Of a stretch of DNA of 64,000 nt, positions 1 to 13,958 are shown one piece after another. Location of the stretch: the NCBI RefSeq assembly GCF_964204645.1, contig NC_134035.1, positions 1,426,001 to 1,490,000 on the forward strand. Direction: 5' to 3'. Below the pieces are notes generated by a model. It saw only the letters and a program-made list of their open reading frames with translations, was not told where the DNA came from and made no database searches. This DNA is from Tubulanus polymorphus (Eukaryota > Animalia > Nemertea). The position numbers and the translations under genes are program-made. The first letter of the stretch is position 1; each line of letters begins with the position of its first letter.

Positions 1-3000
1 AGATATTCGAAATCTGATTTCAGATTTGGAATCAGCACCCCTAAAAATATAGAGGACTAAAATTTTAAGCAAATCGAAGAGATTCGATTTTTTGGCGAAA
101 ATTTTTTTCTCTGATTCCTTCGAAATTTGGTAGGAATATGTATTCTGAAGTGTAGATTCCGGATCCGCAATCAGATTTTGAATCGGAATTCATCTTCATG
201 GGCAAATAAGGGTTTTAATGGCTAAAATATGCACCCCAAAAATGGGGTGTAAAGTCAAAATTTTATTTTGGCTCAATTTTAATGAAATTTTGTGCAGACA
301 TGTTTTTTGGGGTGCTGATTACAAATATGGGGTTAGATTTTGGATCCGAAGCTCCTAAAATGAGATATTCAGGATTTCATGTTTCGGCCCCCTTCATTTC
401 GTCACAAATTTTGATGAAATTCGTCCGTGAAATTGATTCCAAAAATGATTTTTATTCAATGATGTCAAATATTCAATTAATTTTTAAGGTAGAAATTGAT
501 GCTCTTACTAAAACCCTGGATTATAATTCCTGCAACACAATTACAGGCTGCTTTGAATAACCACATTGACAATTCTTATGAAATGCAGTAAAGAGTGTTT
601 ACAGATAAACTGCTTTCACATAATTTTTTTGGAAACTTATAAAAAATTCTACTCACACACTCACTAGCCCTTGTCTAGCAGTAATGGTAGTCCACCGAGT
701 TCCACAAATCCACATACAGAGTTCCACACCTTCTGGAGTCCACCACTGACTGTTTTTTTATGCGTATCAATCCACTTATAGTCCGGTTAGTTGACTAAAT
801 AGTCCAGTTAGTTCACATATAGTCCGGTTAGTTCACTAGTAGTCCAGTTAGTTCACTAGTAGTCCAGAAGAAGTTGACTGAAGAAGTAAAACTGTGATAA
901 ATTTCAGTTGAAGTCCACCACGTCCAGTATTCATGATGAAGTTTACACCACAGCCCGACAGAGGAAAACCTGAAATATTAAAATTTAAATCACATTAACA
1001 GGGAGACTGACTGAGAGGTGGGGGAGGATGGGGTGAGAGGTTGAGGGAGGATGGGGTGAGAGGTTGGGGGAGGATGGGGTGAGAGGTTGGGGGAAGATGG
1101 GGTGAGAGGTTGAGGGAGGATGGGGTGAGAGGTTGGGGGAGGATGAAGTGAGAGGTTGGGGTGAGGTTGAGGCAGGATGGGGTGAGAGGTTGAGGGAGGA
1201 TGGGTGAAAAGTGAAACAAAACAGCACAATTACTCTGACATAGTAAAGGCTTAAGCAAAAGTTTTCAGCAGTTTTCAGTCACACTGGATTAATAGATTCT
1301 CGTTTTACACAAGAGCCCAGCCTGTGGCAGTGGGAGACAATGTTGTAACTAACTGGTCTAGTCAGCTGGTGTTAACTTGCTGAACAAGATGTGATGCTGG
1401 AGGAAGTTGAAGAACAGTTCATCAAGATTTGTGAAACTATCACCTGCACCATGTGCAATGCAAGCGGCTAGGGTAGTGCGGCCGTGTAGGCTAGAAAGTG
1501 GTTTTTGACACCGAGTGAGGTCCCTGTTAGTCTAAAGTTCTAGTTCCCTAAACAACCCGGAACCCGTAGTAACAACGACTGACTGATTAAGACAAAATTT
1601 GACGTAGGTCCCGGCCTCACTGACTGTCGAGTGTCGTGAACTTGAAGACGTGTCTGCGAAGTCACTGGAGTGAGGTCCCCCTAAACTGTGTGTGTACCTG
1701 AGGACTGAAAATGAAATATCATGTATGAATTTTTATCTTTTTTACCAATATCAAAATTCGTACATTTAAAATCATCGTGGCTTTAAAGTCTTTATCAATT
1801 GAGGAAATAGTTCACTGTAAATAAAGAATTAGCGATTGAATTGAGCCCGCTCCACAGTAAAAATAGCGCGATCCATTCAATCTCGACCGTCTAGTGCTGC
1901 CCCTATGTATAACGATAGCGTGGAAACCGTGAACTAACATAATACTCGCTTACCAGAGTCTTCGAACGGCAGGAGCGGACGAACTAATTACCGATTTGCG
2001 GGCCGGATTCCGAAGAAAATTCTCAAACTCTGAAAACTGCTAAGAACGTTCGAACCAAACAATTTTTCTATAAAAGGATGAGCCTTAAAAGAGTTAATTT
2101 GAATCGGGGTATTTCTAGTATGGTCTGGGAGAGAGCGACAGGTGTTTGTATGTTTTCTGTTTATTTGCGTGAAAATAGACTATAATCGAAGAAAAAATAT
2201 GGACATTTTGTCAATTCTAATGATAAATCATCATTCAAAAATGAAAATGAATAACTTATTCTGTATATAAACACTATGTTAATTGATAAGTAAGTAAATT
2301 TTAGCTAAAAAGAATTAAATATGTTACCTAAAAAATAAGGAAATATCATACAAAATTCAGAACGTATTCATAGTGTCATATTCAATCAGAATTAGACGAC
2401 ACATTGGTCGGTATTGTACGTAATAAGAACATTTAATCCCGGCGGTAAATATGCGCTACTATTTTAGTTCACAGAAATTCCGCTATCGTTATTCATAGGG
2501 GCAGCACTGTACGATAAATATCTAACTCAGCCTCGCTATCTTACTGTGGCATGCGAGTAATACACATATTTTTCTTAGCCGAATTTCGTTGATTATCTAA
2601 TACGATTCCATTGTATATGAATAATTCTACTATCGTTTAAGGTTATTTGAAGGGGATCATCTTTTTAAAACGAATTTCAAACCATTTTCGATAGAATTCT
2701 ATTGTCTGCGGAATGTATTAGCATCCGGTAAAGCGGTAGGCTCACATGCCATAGGAAGAATTTCAAGCAAATTAAATTTTATTCTCTAACATAGTGCATT
2801 CAACTACCAGTAACACTGTAACCAGAAATAATGCTCTGAAACTATTAAAGAATAAAGCTTAAGAGTAAATTTGAAGTCAAGTTCTCCCAATATTTGTTCG
2901 TTTGTTTGTTTATCCTCCCGGTGAGTTCTAACACTGCCCACACATATTTATCTAGTTCATCTGATCCTGATCATCAAACTCAAAAACGTCAATAATTCCA

Positions 3001-6000
3001 TCCTAATGATGACAAACATCCTAAAAGATATAAATGAAACTAAATAGATTTGAGGCCACCAATCAGTTATACAGAGTTAGAGTAAAGTCTAGTTACTGGT
3101 GTATCATAGAAATGGCAATCTAAGGTAGGCTACTCCCCAAAATGTGTGTCGGGGTCAAATATTTTTTGTCTCAGATTTTGATGAAATTCCGGTAAGACAT
3201 GTATTCTGGGGTGCTGATCACAAATCTGAACGAATTTTTCGGATCCGAGGCCCAGAAAATGTGAAATTCGAATTTTTGGGGGGACCCCCTAAATTTTCAA
3301 AAGGCCTTGGACCCCAGATTTTTTGAGATATTCGAAATCTGATTTCAAATTTGGAATCAGCACCCCTAAAAATATAAAGGACTAAAATTTTAAGCAAATC
3401 GAAGAGATTCGATTTTTTGGCCAAAAATGGCAAAAATCTAAGGTGTTAGTCCAGGAGTTTTTTTTCGGCGAAAATTTTTTTTTCTCTGATTCCTTCGAAA
3501 TTTGATAGGAATATGTATTCTGAGGTGTAGATTCCGGATCCGCAATCAGATTTTGAATCGGAATTCATCTTCATGGGCAAATAAGGGTTTTAATGGCCAA
3601 AATATGCACCCCAAAAATGGGGTACAAAGTCAAAATTTTTTTTGGCCCAATTTTAATGAAATTTTGTGCAGACATGTTTTTTGGGGTGCTGATTACAAAT
3701 ATGAGGTTAGATTTTGGATCCGAGGCACCTGAAATGAGATATTCAGGATTTTGTGTTTTGACCCCCTAAATTTCGTCACAAATTTTGATGATATTTGCCT
3801 GGGAAACGAAATTTTTTTAATGATGTCAAATATTCAATTGATTTTTAAGGTAGAAATTGATGCTCTTACTAAAACCCTGAATTATAATTCCTGCAACACA
3901 ATTACAGGCTGCTACAAATAACCACATTGACAATTATTATGAAATGCAGTGTAAACAGTGTTTACAGATAAATTGCTTTCTCATAATTGTTTTGGAAACT
4001 TATAAGAAATTCTACTCACACATTCACTAGCCCTTATCTAGCAGTAATGGTAGTCCACCGAGTTCCACAAATCGACATACAGAGTTCCACACCTCCTTGA
4101 GTCCACCACTGACTGTTTTTTTTGAGTATCAATCCACTTATAGTCTGGTTAGTTGACTAAATAGTCCAGTTAGTTCACATATAGTCTGGTTAGTTCACTA
4201 GTATCCAGTTAGTTCACTAATAGTCCAGTTATTTCACATATAGTCTGGTTAGTTCACTAGTAGTCGGGAATAAGTTGACTGAAGAGAAGTGATAAATTTC
4301 AGTTGAAGTCCACCACGTCCAGTATTCGTGATGAAGTTTACACCACAGCCCGACAAAGGAAAACCTGAAATACTAAAATTTAAATCACATTAACAGGGAG
4401 ACTGACTGAGAGGTTGAGGGAGGATGGGATGAGAGGTTGAAGGAGGATGGGATGAAAGGTTGGGGACAATGGGGTGATGAGGTTGGGTGAGGTTGAGGGA
4501 GGATGGGGTGCAAGGGAAGAAAAACAGTACAATTACTCTGACATAGTAAAGCAAAGGCTTAAGCAAAAGTTTTCAGCAGTTTTCAGTCACACTGGATTAA
4601 CAGATTCTCGTTTTACACAAGAGCCCAGCCTGTGGCAGTGGGAGAAAGCCGTTGTAACTAACTGGTCGAGTCAGGTCCGGGCCCTCACTGTGTCGTCGGA
4701 ACGCGTGTCTGCGAAGTCAACTGGAGTGACTGCGTCCCTGAGGACATATTGAAATATCATGAATTATTGTCTTTTTACCCAATATCAAAATTCGTACATT
4801 TAAAATCGTCGTGGCTTTAAAGTCTTTATCAATTGAGGGAATAGTTCACTGTAAATAAAGAATTAGCGATTGAATTGAGCCCGCTCCACAGTAAAAATAC
4901 CGCGATCAATTCAATCTCGACCGTCTAGTGCTGCCCCTATGTATAAAGACAGCGTGGAAAACGTGAACTAACATAATACTCGCTGGCCAGAGTCTTCGAA
5001 CGGCCGTAGTGGACGAACTAATTACCGATTTGCGGGCCGGATTCCGAGGAAATTTCTCAAACTCTGAAAACTGCTCTGAAACGTTCGAACCAAACAATTT
5101 TTCTATAAAAGAATAAGCCTTAAAAGAGTTAATTTGAATCGGGGTATTTCTAGTATGGTCTGGGAGAGAGCGACAGGTGTTTGTAAGTTCCCTGTTTATT
5201 TGCGCGCAAATAGACTATAATCGAAGAAAAAATATGGACATTTTGTCAATTCTGATGATAAATTATCATTAAAAAATGAAAATGAATAATTTATTTTGTA
5301 TACAAATACTATATTAATTGATAAGTAAGTAAATTTTAGCTAAAAAAATTAAATATGTTACCTAAAAATAAGGAAATATCATACAAAATTTAGAACGCAT
5401 TCATAGTATCATATTTAATCAGAATTAGACGACACACTGGTCTGTATTGTACGTAATAAGGACATTTAAATTCCGGCGGTAAATTTGCGCTACTATTTTA
5501 GTTCACAGAAATTCCGCTATCGTTATTCATAGGGGCAGCACTGTACGGTAAGTATCTAACTCAGCCTCGCTATCTTACTGTGGCATGCGAGCAATACAGA
5601 TATTTTTCTTAGCCGAATTTCGTTGATTATCTAATACGATTCCATTGTATATGAATAATTCGACTATCGTTTAAGGTTTTTAGAAGGGGATCATCTTTCT
5701 AAAACGAATTTCAAACCGTTTGTGATAGAACTCTTTTGTCTGCGGAATGTATTAGCATCCGGTAAAGCGCTAGGCTCACATGCCAAAGGAAGAATTTCAA
5801 GCAAATTAAATTTTATTCTCTAAAATAGTGCATTCAACTACCACTAACACTGTAACCAGAAATAATGCTCGGAAACTATTAAAGAAGAGTAAATTTGAAG
5901 TCAAGTTCTCCCAATATTTGTTCGTTTGTTTGTTTATCCTCCCGGTGAGTTCTAACACTGCCCACACATATTCATCTAGTTCATCTGATCCTGATCATCA

Positions 6001-9000
6001 AACTCAAAAACGTCAATAATTCCATCCTAATGATGACAAACATCCTAAAAGATATAAATGAAACTAAATAGATTTGAGGCCACCAATCAGTTATACAGAG
6101 TTAGAGTAAAGTCTAGTTACTGGTGTATCATAGAAATGGCAATCTAAGGTAGGCTACTCCCCAAAATGTGTGTCGGGGTCAAATATTTTTTGTCTCAGAT
6201 TTTGATGAAATTCCGGTAAAACATGTATTCTGGGGTGCTGATCACAAATCTGAACGAATTTTTCGGATCCGAGGCCCAGAAAATGTGAAATTCGAATTTT
6301 TGGGGGGACCCCCTAAATTTTCAAAAGGCCTTGGACCCCAGATTTTTTGAGATATTCGAAATCTGATTTCAAATTTGGAATCAGCACCCCTAAAAATATA
6401 AAGGACTAAAATTTTAAGCAAATCGAAGAGATTCGATTTTTTGGCCAAAAATGGCAAAAATCTAAGGTGTTAGTCCAGGAGTTTTTTTTCGGCGAAAATT
6501 TTTTTTTCTCTGATTCCTTCGAAATTTGATAGGAATATGTATTCTGAGGTGTAGATTCCGGATCCGCAATCAGATTTTGAATCGGAATTCATCTTCATGG
6601 GCAAATAAGGGTTTTAATGGCCAAAATATGCACCCCAAAAATGGGGTACAAAGTCAAAATTTTTTTTTGGCCCAATTTTAATGAAATTTTGTGCAGACAT
6701 GTTTTTTGGGGTGCTGATTACAAATATGAGGTTAGATTTTGGATCCGAGGCACCTGAAATGAGATATTCAGGATTTTGTGTTTTGACCCCCTAAATTTCG
6801 TCACAAATTTTGATGATATTTGCCTGGGAAACGAAATTTTTTTAATGATGTCAAATATTCAATTGATTTTTAAGGTAGAAATTGATGCTCTTACTAAAAC
6901 CCTGAATTATAATTCCTGCAACACAATTACAGGCTGCTACAAATAACCACATTGACAATTATTATGAAATGCAGTGTAAACAGTGTTTACAGATAAATTG
7001 CTTTCTCATAATTGTTTTGGAAACTTATAAGAAATTCTACTCACACATTCACTAGCCCTTATCTAGCAGTAATGGTAGTCCACCGAGTTCCACAAATCGA
7101 CATACAGAGTTCCACACCTCCTTGAGTCCACCACTGACTGTTTTTTTTGAGTATCAATCCACTTATAGTCTGGTTAGTTGACTAAATAGTCCAGTTAGTT
7201 CACATATAGTCTGGTTAGTTCACTAGTATCCAGTTAGTTCACTAATAGTCCAGTTATTTCACATATAGTCTGGTTAGTTCACTAGTAGTCGGGAATAAGT
7301 TGACTGAAGAGAAGTGATAAATTTCAGTTGAAGTCCACCACGTCCAGTATTCGTGATGAAGTTTACACCACAGCCCGACAAAGGAAAACCTGAAATACTA
7401 AAATTTAAATCACATTAACAGGGAGACTGACTGAGAGGTTGAGGGAGGATGGGATGAGAGGTTGAAGGAGGATGGGATGAAAGGTTGGGGACAATGGGGT
7501 GATGAGGTTGGGTGAGGTTGAGGGAGGATGGGGTGCAAGGGAAGAAAAACAGTACAATTACTCTGACATAGTAAAGCAAAGGCTTAAGCAAAAGTTTTCA
7601 GCAGTTTTCAGTCACACTGGATTAACAGATTCTCGTTTTACACAAGAGCCCAGCCTGTGGCAGTGGGAGAAAGCCGTTGTAACTAACTGGTCGAGTCAGG
7701 TCCGGGCCCTCACTGTGTCGTCGGAACGCGTGTCTGCGAAGTCAACTGGAGTGACTGCGTCCCTGAGGACATATTGAAATATCATGAATTATTGTCTTTT
7801 TACCCAATATCAAAATTAGTACATTTAAAATCGTCGTGGCTTTAAAGTCTTTATCAATTGAGGGAATAGTTCACTGTAAATAAAGAATTAGCGATTGAAT
7901 TGAGCCCGCTCCACAGTAAAAATACCGCGATCAATTCAATCTCGACCGTCTAGGTCTGCCCCTATGTATAAAGATAGCGTGGAAAACGTGAACTAACATA
8001 ATACTCGCTGGCCAGAGTCTTCGAACGGCCGTAGTGGACGAACTAATTACCGATTTGCGGGCCGGATTCCGAGGAAATTTCTCAAACTCTGAAAACTGCT
8101 CTGAAATGTTTGAACCAAACAATTTTTCTATAGAAGAATAAGCCTTAAAAGAGTTAATTTGAATCGGGGTATTTCTAGTATGGTCTGGGAGAGAGCGACA
8201 GGTGTTTGTAAGTTCCCTGTTTATTTGCGCGCAAATAGACTATAATCGAAGAAAAAATATGGACATTTTGTCAATTTTATCATTCAAAAATGTAAACGAA
8301 TAAGTTATTCTGTATATAAATACTACATTTATTGATAAGTAAGTGAATTTTAGCTAAAAAGAATTAAATATGTTACCTAAAAAATTAGGAAATATCATAA
8401 AAAATTCAGAACGTTTTCATAGTATCATATTCAATCAGAATTAGGCGCCACACTGGTCCGTATTGTACGTAATAAGGAAATTTAAATTCCGGCGGTAAAT
8501 ATGCGCCACTATTTTAGTTCACAGAAATTCCGCTATCGTAATTCATAGGGGCAGCACTGTACGGTAGATATCTAACTCGGCCTCGCTATCTTACTGTGGA
8601 ATGCGAGTAATAAAGATATTTTTCTTAGCCGAATTTCGTTCAATGTTTAATACGATTCGATTGTATATGAATAATTCTATTATCGTTTAAGGTTTTTTGA
8701 AGGGGATCATCCTTTTAAAACGAATTTCAAACCATTTTTAATAGAACTCTTTTGTCAGCGGAATGTATTAGCATCCGGTAAAGCGATAGGCTCACATGCC
8801 AAAGGAAGAATTCTGAGCAAATTAAATTTTATTCTCTAAAATAGTGCATTCAACTACCACTAATTCACTGTAACCAGAAAAAAATGCTCTGAAACTATTA
8901 AAGGAATAACTTTCTAGTAGGCTTAAGGCTTAAGAGTAAATTTGAATCGGGGATATTCCTAGTTTCGTCTGGGAGAGAACAACAGGTTCTAGATGCCACG

Positions 9001-9230
9001 CAGTTTTTTTTCAGTTGCCCTGTTTTTAGTTCAAAAGCAAATCGGTAGTGTCACATATTTAGTCCTCGTAAAGTTCACTATAACTGAAGTCAAGTTCTCC
9101 CAATATGTGTTCGATTGTTTGTTTATCCTCTCGGTGAGTTCTAACGCTGCCAACATCCAGTTCGATGTAGTCCTGATCAACAAACAAAAATGTCAATATA
9201 TAGTTCCTAATGATGACAAACATCCTAAAA
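1..9230. repeat. ~3.0-kb unit tandemly repeated three times (copy 1 partial 1-3026, copy 2 3027-6050, copy 3 6051-9230); probably derived from a large non-autonomous transposon
   Basis: The same sequence recurs at about 3024-bp spacing (identical ORFs 3218-3433/6242-6457 and 4474-4752/7499-7777). The junction ...AAACATCCTAAAA|GATATAAATG occurs at 3026/3027 and 6050/6051. No recognisable protein is encoded. Confidence 0.9.
1007..1207. repeat. G-rich ~23-bp minisatellite (GAGGATGGGGTGAGAGGTTG(A/G)GG)n within the 3-kb unit
   Basis: About 8 units here, with shorter versions at ~4408-4510 and ~7433-7535. It generates the spurious Pro/Ser-rich ORFs at 985-1258. Confidence 0.9.
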
Positions 9231-10501
9231 ACAGACATGACAGTCATTTTGGCCAAATTTTCATCTTCAGGAAATATGTGGTAATGTATTCTGATGGTGA
9301 AGAGTAAGAAGTGAATGGTGATAGCCCTCAGTCGGCTGAGAAATACTGTTACGCCAAACAGGAAAAAATCCTGATCAAATAAAATCCAAGAAAGACTGGA
9401 AACATTTTTTTTCGTATATATACATATTTACTATTTATATTCATCTTAAGAATAATAATTAAGTGTGTTCTGCGTTAAACCGTTTCAAACGCGGAGAAAA
9501 AAGAACTTATCAATTACTACTCGTTAAAAATAAAGTAATATCGACGTAAAGTACGTCGAGAAATTTAGGAACGGATGACGGGTCGCCATCGTCGGGCGAA
9601 TATGAAATAAATAATGAAGCAAAATCTACAAGCCCGCAATATAAACACTGTTTGTTTAGAGATAGGAATAATATCTCAATGAATAAGATAAAAATGAAAA
9701 TTTTCAACCCTCACTTTAAGAGACATTATGATTTTTGAAAAAAAGAGTTACATCAATATTTCAAAAATTTCCACAAATTTTGAACATTTGTTCATTGCCA
9801 GGTACCAGGTACCAGGTACATGATTAGGAAATCTGTTACAGTGTGGACCCCACTTTACTAGGCACCGGTCGATTATGTGTAAATTAATAAAATCCATAAA
9901 TCTCAATTTCGGTGAAACATTTTCAGTCCAAAAAAAGTTTCCGAGTTCCCCAAATTTCAGAATGGTATCTGGACAGCTCCGGCCAGCTCTGGTCAGCAGA
10001 ATATCTAAATCATCAAAGCAATTTTGTTCAAAGTTGACCCAGCCGGCCGCCTATCTACCCTGTACATTACTTTTTAAAATGTGATTAATTTGACCATAAC
10101 AGACCCGGCCGCTATAGAAATGAACTGATTACAAATTTCATCATATTTTACAAAAACGACCCGGCCGCTGCGGAGAAACAAGGTACGATTTATGTTTAGC
10201 CATACGAACGGTGTTTCATCATATATTATTGAAGGTAATAAATTACCATTGTTATTGAATTATCAATCATTTTGACTAGATATATATATTTATCGGGCGC
10301 CGAGCAAAGACAACCGATACGATAGTTATATTGATAAATAAACACGGCAACGTTCTAAAATAGCTAGTTTATAATCGTCTTGTAAACAAGTGACAAGTTC
10401 TATTAATCGTTACAGGATATTATTATTATTATGATTTTTGTTTTATTGATATGGGTACAGATCGTTGTTATACTGATTTTCATTTCATTTCATTATCATA
10501 C

Positions 10502-10786
10502 CATCCTCCATCGGCAGGGAGTCGATCCTGATGGCATTGTTAGATTCACCCACAGCATGAAACCCTACCTCGCTATGCACAGGCTTGCGCTGCCAATCAG
10601 ATTGCCCGTTGTATAAACGCTGAGGCAAATTTCACGGATAAACTATTACCGGAGAAACCAGAGCTAAAATAAAACTGGATTTCTGATTGGCTGATAATGA
10701 CATCATCTAAGCTGCACGGTCTAGTGGGGCAGGGTTTTGTACGGTGGTGATGCCGTCAGTTTCAAATCCCTGCCAGGGGAGGATGC
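10502..10786. mobile_element. MITE-like element with imperfect terminal inverted repeats
   Basis: Ends CATCCTCCATCGGCAGGGA and TCCCTGCCAGGGGGAGGATG. A related copy in opposite orientation lies at ~37090-37307 (shared CCAATCAGA and GATGATGTCAT blocks). Confidence 0.6.
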
Positions 10787-10869
10787 ATCATACAACAATG
10801 CTACTGCTGCTACTAGAGATATCGATACGCAACAATCGACAAAAACTGGAGTCAAAAAATTTCTCAATA

Positions 10870-11034
10870 GGGATCATTCATTTATTTCGTACGCATAAAA
10901 TTTGAATTTTTCAACCCCCCCTCCCCCTCTGTACGCAAAATCAGCCATTTTTTCGTATACATAAAGCATTACAGTACGCAATTGCTTTGACCCCTCCCCC
11001 TCCCCTAATGCGTACGTTATAAATGAATGAACCC
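10870..11034. mobile_element. Short foldback MITE
   Basis: Inverted ends GGGATCATTCATTTAT...CGTACGCA and TGCGTACG...ATAAATGAATGAACCC. Confidence 0.6.
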
Positions 11035-11758
11035 ATATCAAATAGATCTCAATTTGTGCTGCTAGAATTTAATTTAGATAACTTAAGCAATCATCAGAGG
11101 GCGGAGTTTCATTGTATCATCGACAGGTAAAATAATCGCAGGAAAGAGTGTGAATTCGAGCGGGCTGGCTAACGATAAAATAAACACAGAATTAAATAAA
11201 ACAGATTGAAATGAAGAGTGAACACATCTCATTTCTCTATAGACTGACTTCACTTTACAGTAACTGATGTCAAGACTAAATGGCCCCGAGGAATTTAGAG
11301 GGTCATTCTACTGTGCAGCGTGCCCCCCACCTCGCGATTGTAGTTCCATACAATTACACATTGTTATATCACAAAAACGACACCACCACAACGAGACAAA
11401 AATGAACTCTTTTCGAAAAAGAAAATATGAAAAAATATCACAGAAAACTGGACAGAAAGCTCGTTGAAATTCGTAGCAATTAACTCACCGCAAAATCTGC
11501 AGCCCGGATCCTGAAGCCGTTCAGAAATTGGGTTATTTTTATCACCAGTCTTCCGAATCATGAAATAATGTTTCAATTACTAGGCTATTGTTTAATCAAA
11601 TTGTTCACTATAAGGCGAAGCACACGCTCGAAAGAAAGACAGCACAGTATTAATCATAATTAATGTAGTATTTACTCTACTGAATACCTGAGAAACACCT
11701 CTCCATTTCATCATTCTAAAACGATTAGTTTAAGCATCACAGCGAATGCATACTCTAT

Positions 11759-12106
11759 AGCCGCGATCACACGAGCATTTCTCATCCACGACAACAACTG
11801 TTCACACGGGTGCCAAATGGGACCGTGCCGCCTGCTTGACCTGACCAAAAATGTCACACTAGGCCCGAGCCAGATTTAAATAGCACGGGTCATTGCGTAT
11901 GACTCACTTCATTTTTCCCACAAAATTTTCAAAAACTTCCATGACGTAAATTTCAACTGGTTCCTGAAGTGACTCACTTCGCTTTGTTTAAGCATTGTTT
12001 AGTATCGAGTGAGTGGTTTACGTGTGAATGCGCGCTCTGATTAGGCACGGGCCAAATTTGACTCAGGTGTGATCCGAGTCAAATCATCTCCGCATGATCG
12101 CGGCTT
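11759..12106. mobile_element. MITE-like element
   Basis: Inverted ends AGCCGCGATCACACGAG and CTCCGCATGATCGCGGCT. Confidence 0.45.
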
Positions 12107-13263
12107 CACTATATCTAACAACTCTCTCGGTCTCCGTAAGTAAAAAGCCTTTAAAAATTAGCGACGATTGAAATTTTAACCCGAACGTCGTTGACATAAA
12201 TTAAATGATTGCCTCAACCACACACACGCATATAAGCGTCAAGTTAAACTAACAGCGCCCTCTATAGGGAATCATCATCCCTGATTTGGACCAAGTTTAA
12301 GAAACGCATGTTTAACAACACTTGACCGCACAGAAAATACATATATCATCTAAAGTTACCCATGGCCAGTGTCGATTTGAACTTAGTAAAATTAGAATAA
12401 CACAATTCTACGCTGAATCAAGCAGGTTCAACGAAAGGCGATACAAACGAATTCAATTCTAAAGCAGAGTGCGATTAAATCTAGTTTTGCTTTGAAAATG
12501 ACGCTACATTTAGGCGAAATTTTTACGATGTGTTGAAAAATGCCGACCACGGAGCCTCACCGACGAACAGGTTTCATTTCTTCTCTCTTCGATTGCTCCG
12601 ATTGTTTACGCGTGACCGGACCACATCCGTAAACCGGACCACCGGACCAATACGAGTTTGTGTGTGAGTTCATTTCTGGTTCTCAAATCGATCACAGCCG
12701 TTTGCTACATACAGACATACGCATACATACATTACAGAAAAATATAATTATCATCGATAATAATAATAATATTAATAATAATAATAATAATAATAATATA
12801 TCGTATAATTACATTATGTTTTTAAACTATTTACAACTAGTTTCGTATCGTAACCAATTAATGAATTAACGAATAATATCGACGACGTTAAGATCATTGT
12901 TATTTGTTGTGCCGAACTACACGATCGGCATTTCGAAATAGATTACGGGGGATGATCGAGGGTCTGATTCAGGGAGGGGTGTACACCCAAAATATGGAAA
13001 ATAATCACAATTAAAAAGGCAACCCGAAAGAAAGAAAACTCTTCGAAAAACAATTAACTTGTCATTTTTAGTAGGTAGGCGATGATCACCCCTGGACCCT
13101 CCCCTTGATTTCACGACATACATTCGCAGACCTCGCAAGATCTCGTCGTTCAAGCTAGTTCAGCCACTGATAAATAGATGGCAGCGTGTGCGTATTTAAA
13201 CTACCGCGTCCGAACGAACGAACGAACGAACGATTCTTAAGTCACAATATAATCCTATACGTG

Positions 13264-13311
<48 letters not shown>

Positions 13312-13958
13312 ATATATATGATATGTTTTTAACGTGATACATTCAAGCTCGAAGGAGGACAAATTTAAACTAACAACCAATAAAACCCAATAGACACAGT
13401 TACAGCTTAAGCGTACATCAGGTCGACACTTCCACCCTCTATCTACTTCAAATACGATTAAAATGCAACGACAAATACCGACATAAATATTATGTCCATG
13501 TTTTTTTCTTTTGTCTAAGATAAAGCACTAGAAACCGATCGATAAAACCGAAACCCCCCGGGGGAAGAAGAATTTGCGTGGCGCGTCAAGTTTTGAGCAC
13601 GTAACGTTTGTTTTTCGCGCCGAAAAAAATACGACAATGTTTTATCTAATAATTCGCGTTAACGACGACAACCATCAAATACTGGCAATTAAATTTTGTA
13701 AAGAAGAACGGTCTATAGTGTGCTTGAAAATCATATTCTTAGACGCTTTCGATCTTTTGAGGACTTGAACCGCTGAATCTTTGAACCGATTGCTCAAATG
13801 TTGGTTTAAGTTATCCATCGTACTGGAAATCTTAATTGCCACTAAGTCAACTTGGCACAATTCAAACGGAAACTCTAAGCAACTCTTTCCTGTACTATAG
13901 CATTTATCAAGGCTTGGAAAAGATATTGACACTCTATGACGATCTAATTGTACTGTAA

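Noticed and set aside
985-1258. Three overlapping Pro/Ser/His-rich ORFs
   Set aside because: They are translations of the 23-bp G-rich minisatellite.
3144-8122. Repeated 60-92 aa ORFs in the 3-kb units
   Set aside because: Non-ATG starts, disrupted in copy 1 and no recognisable domain; their recurrence simply reflects the DNA duplication.
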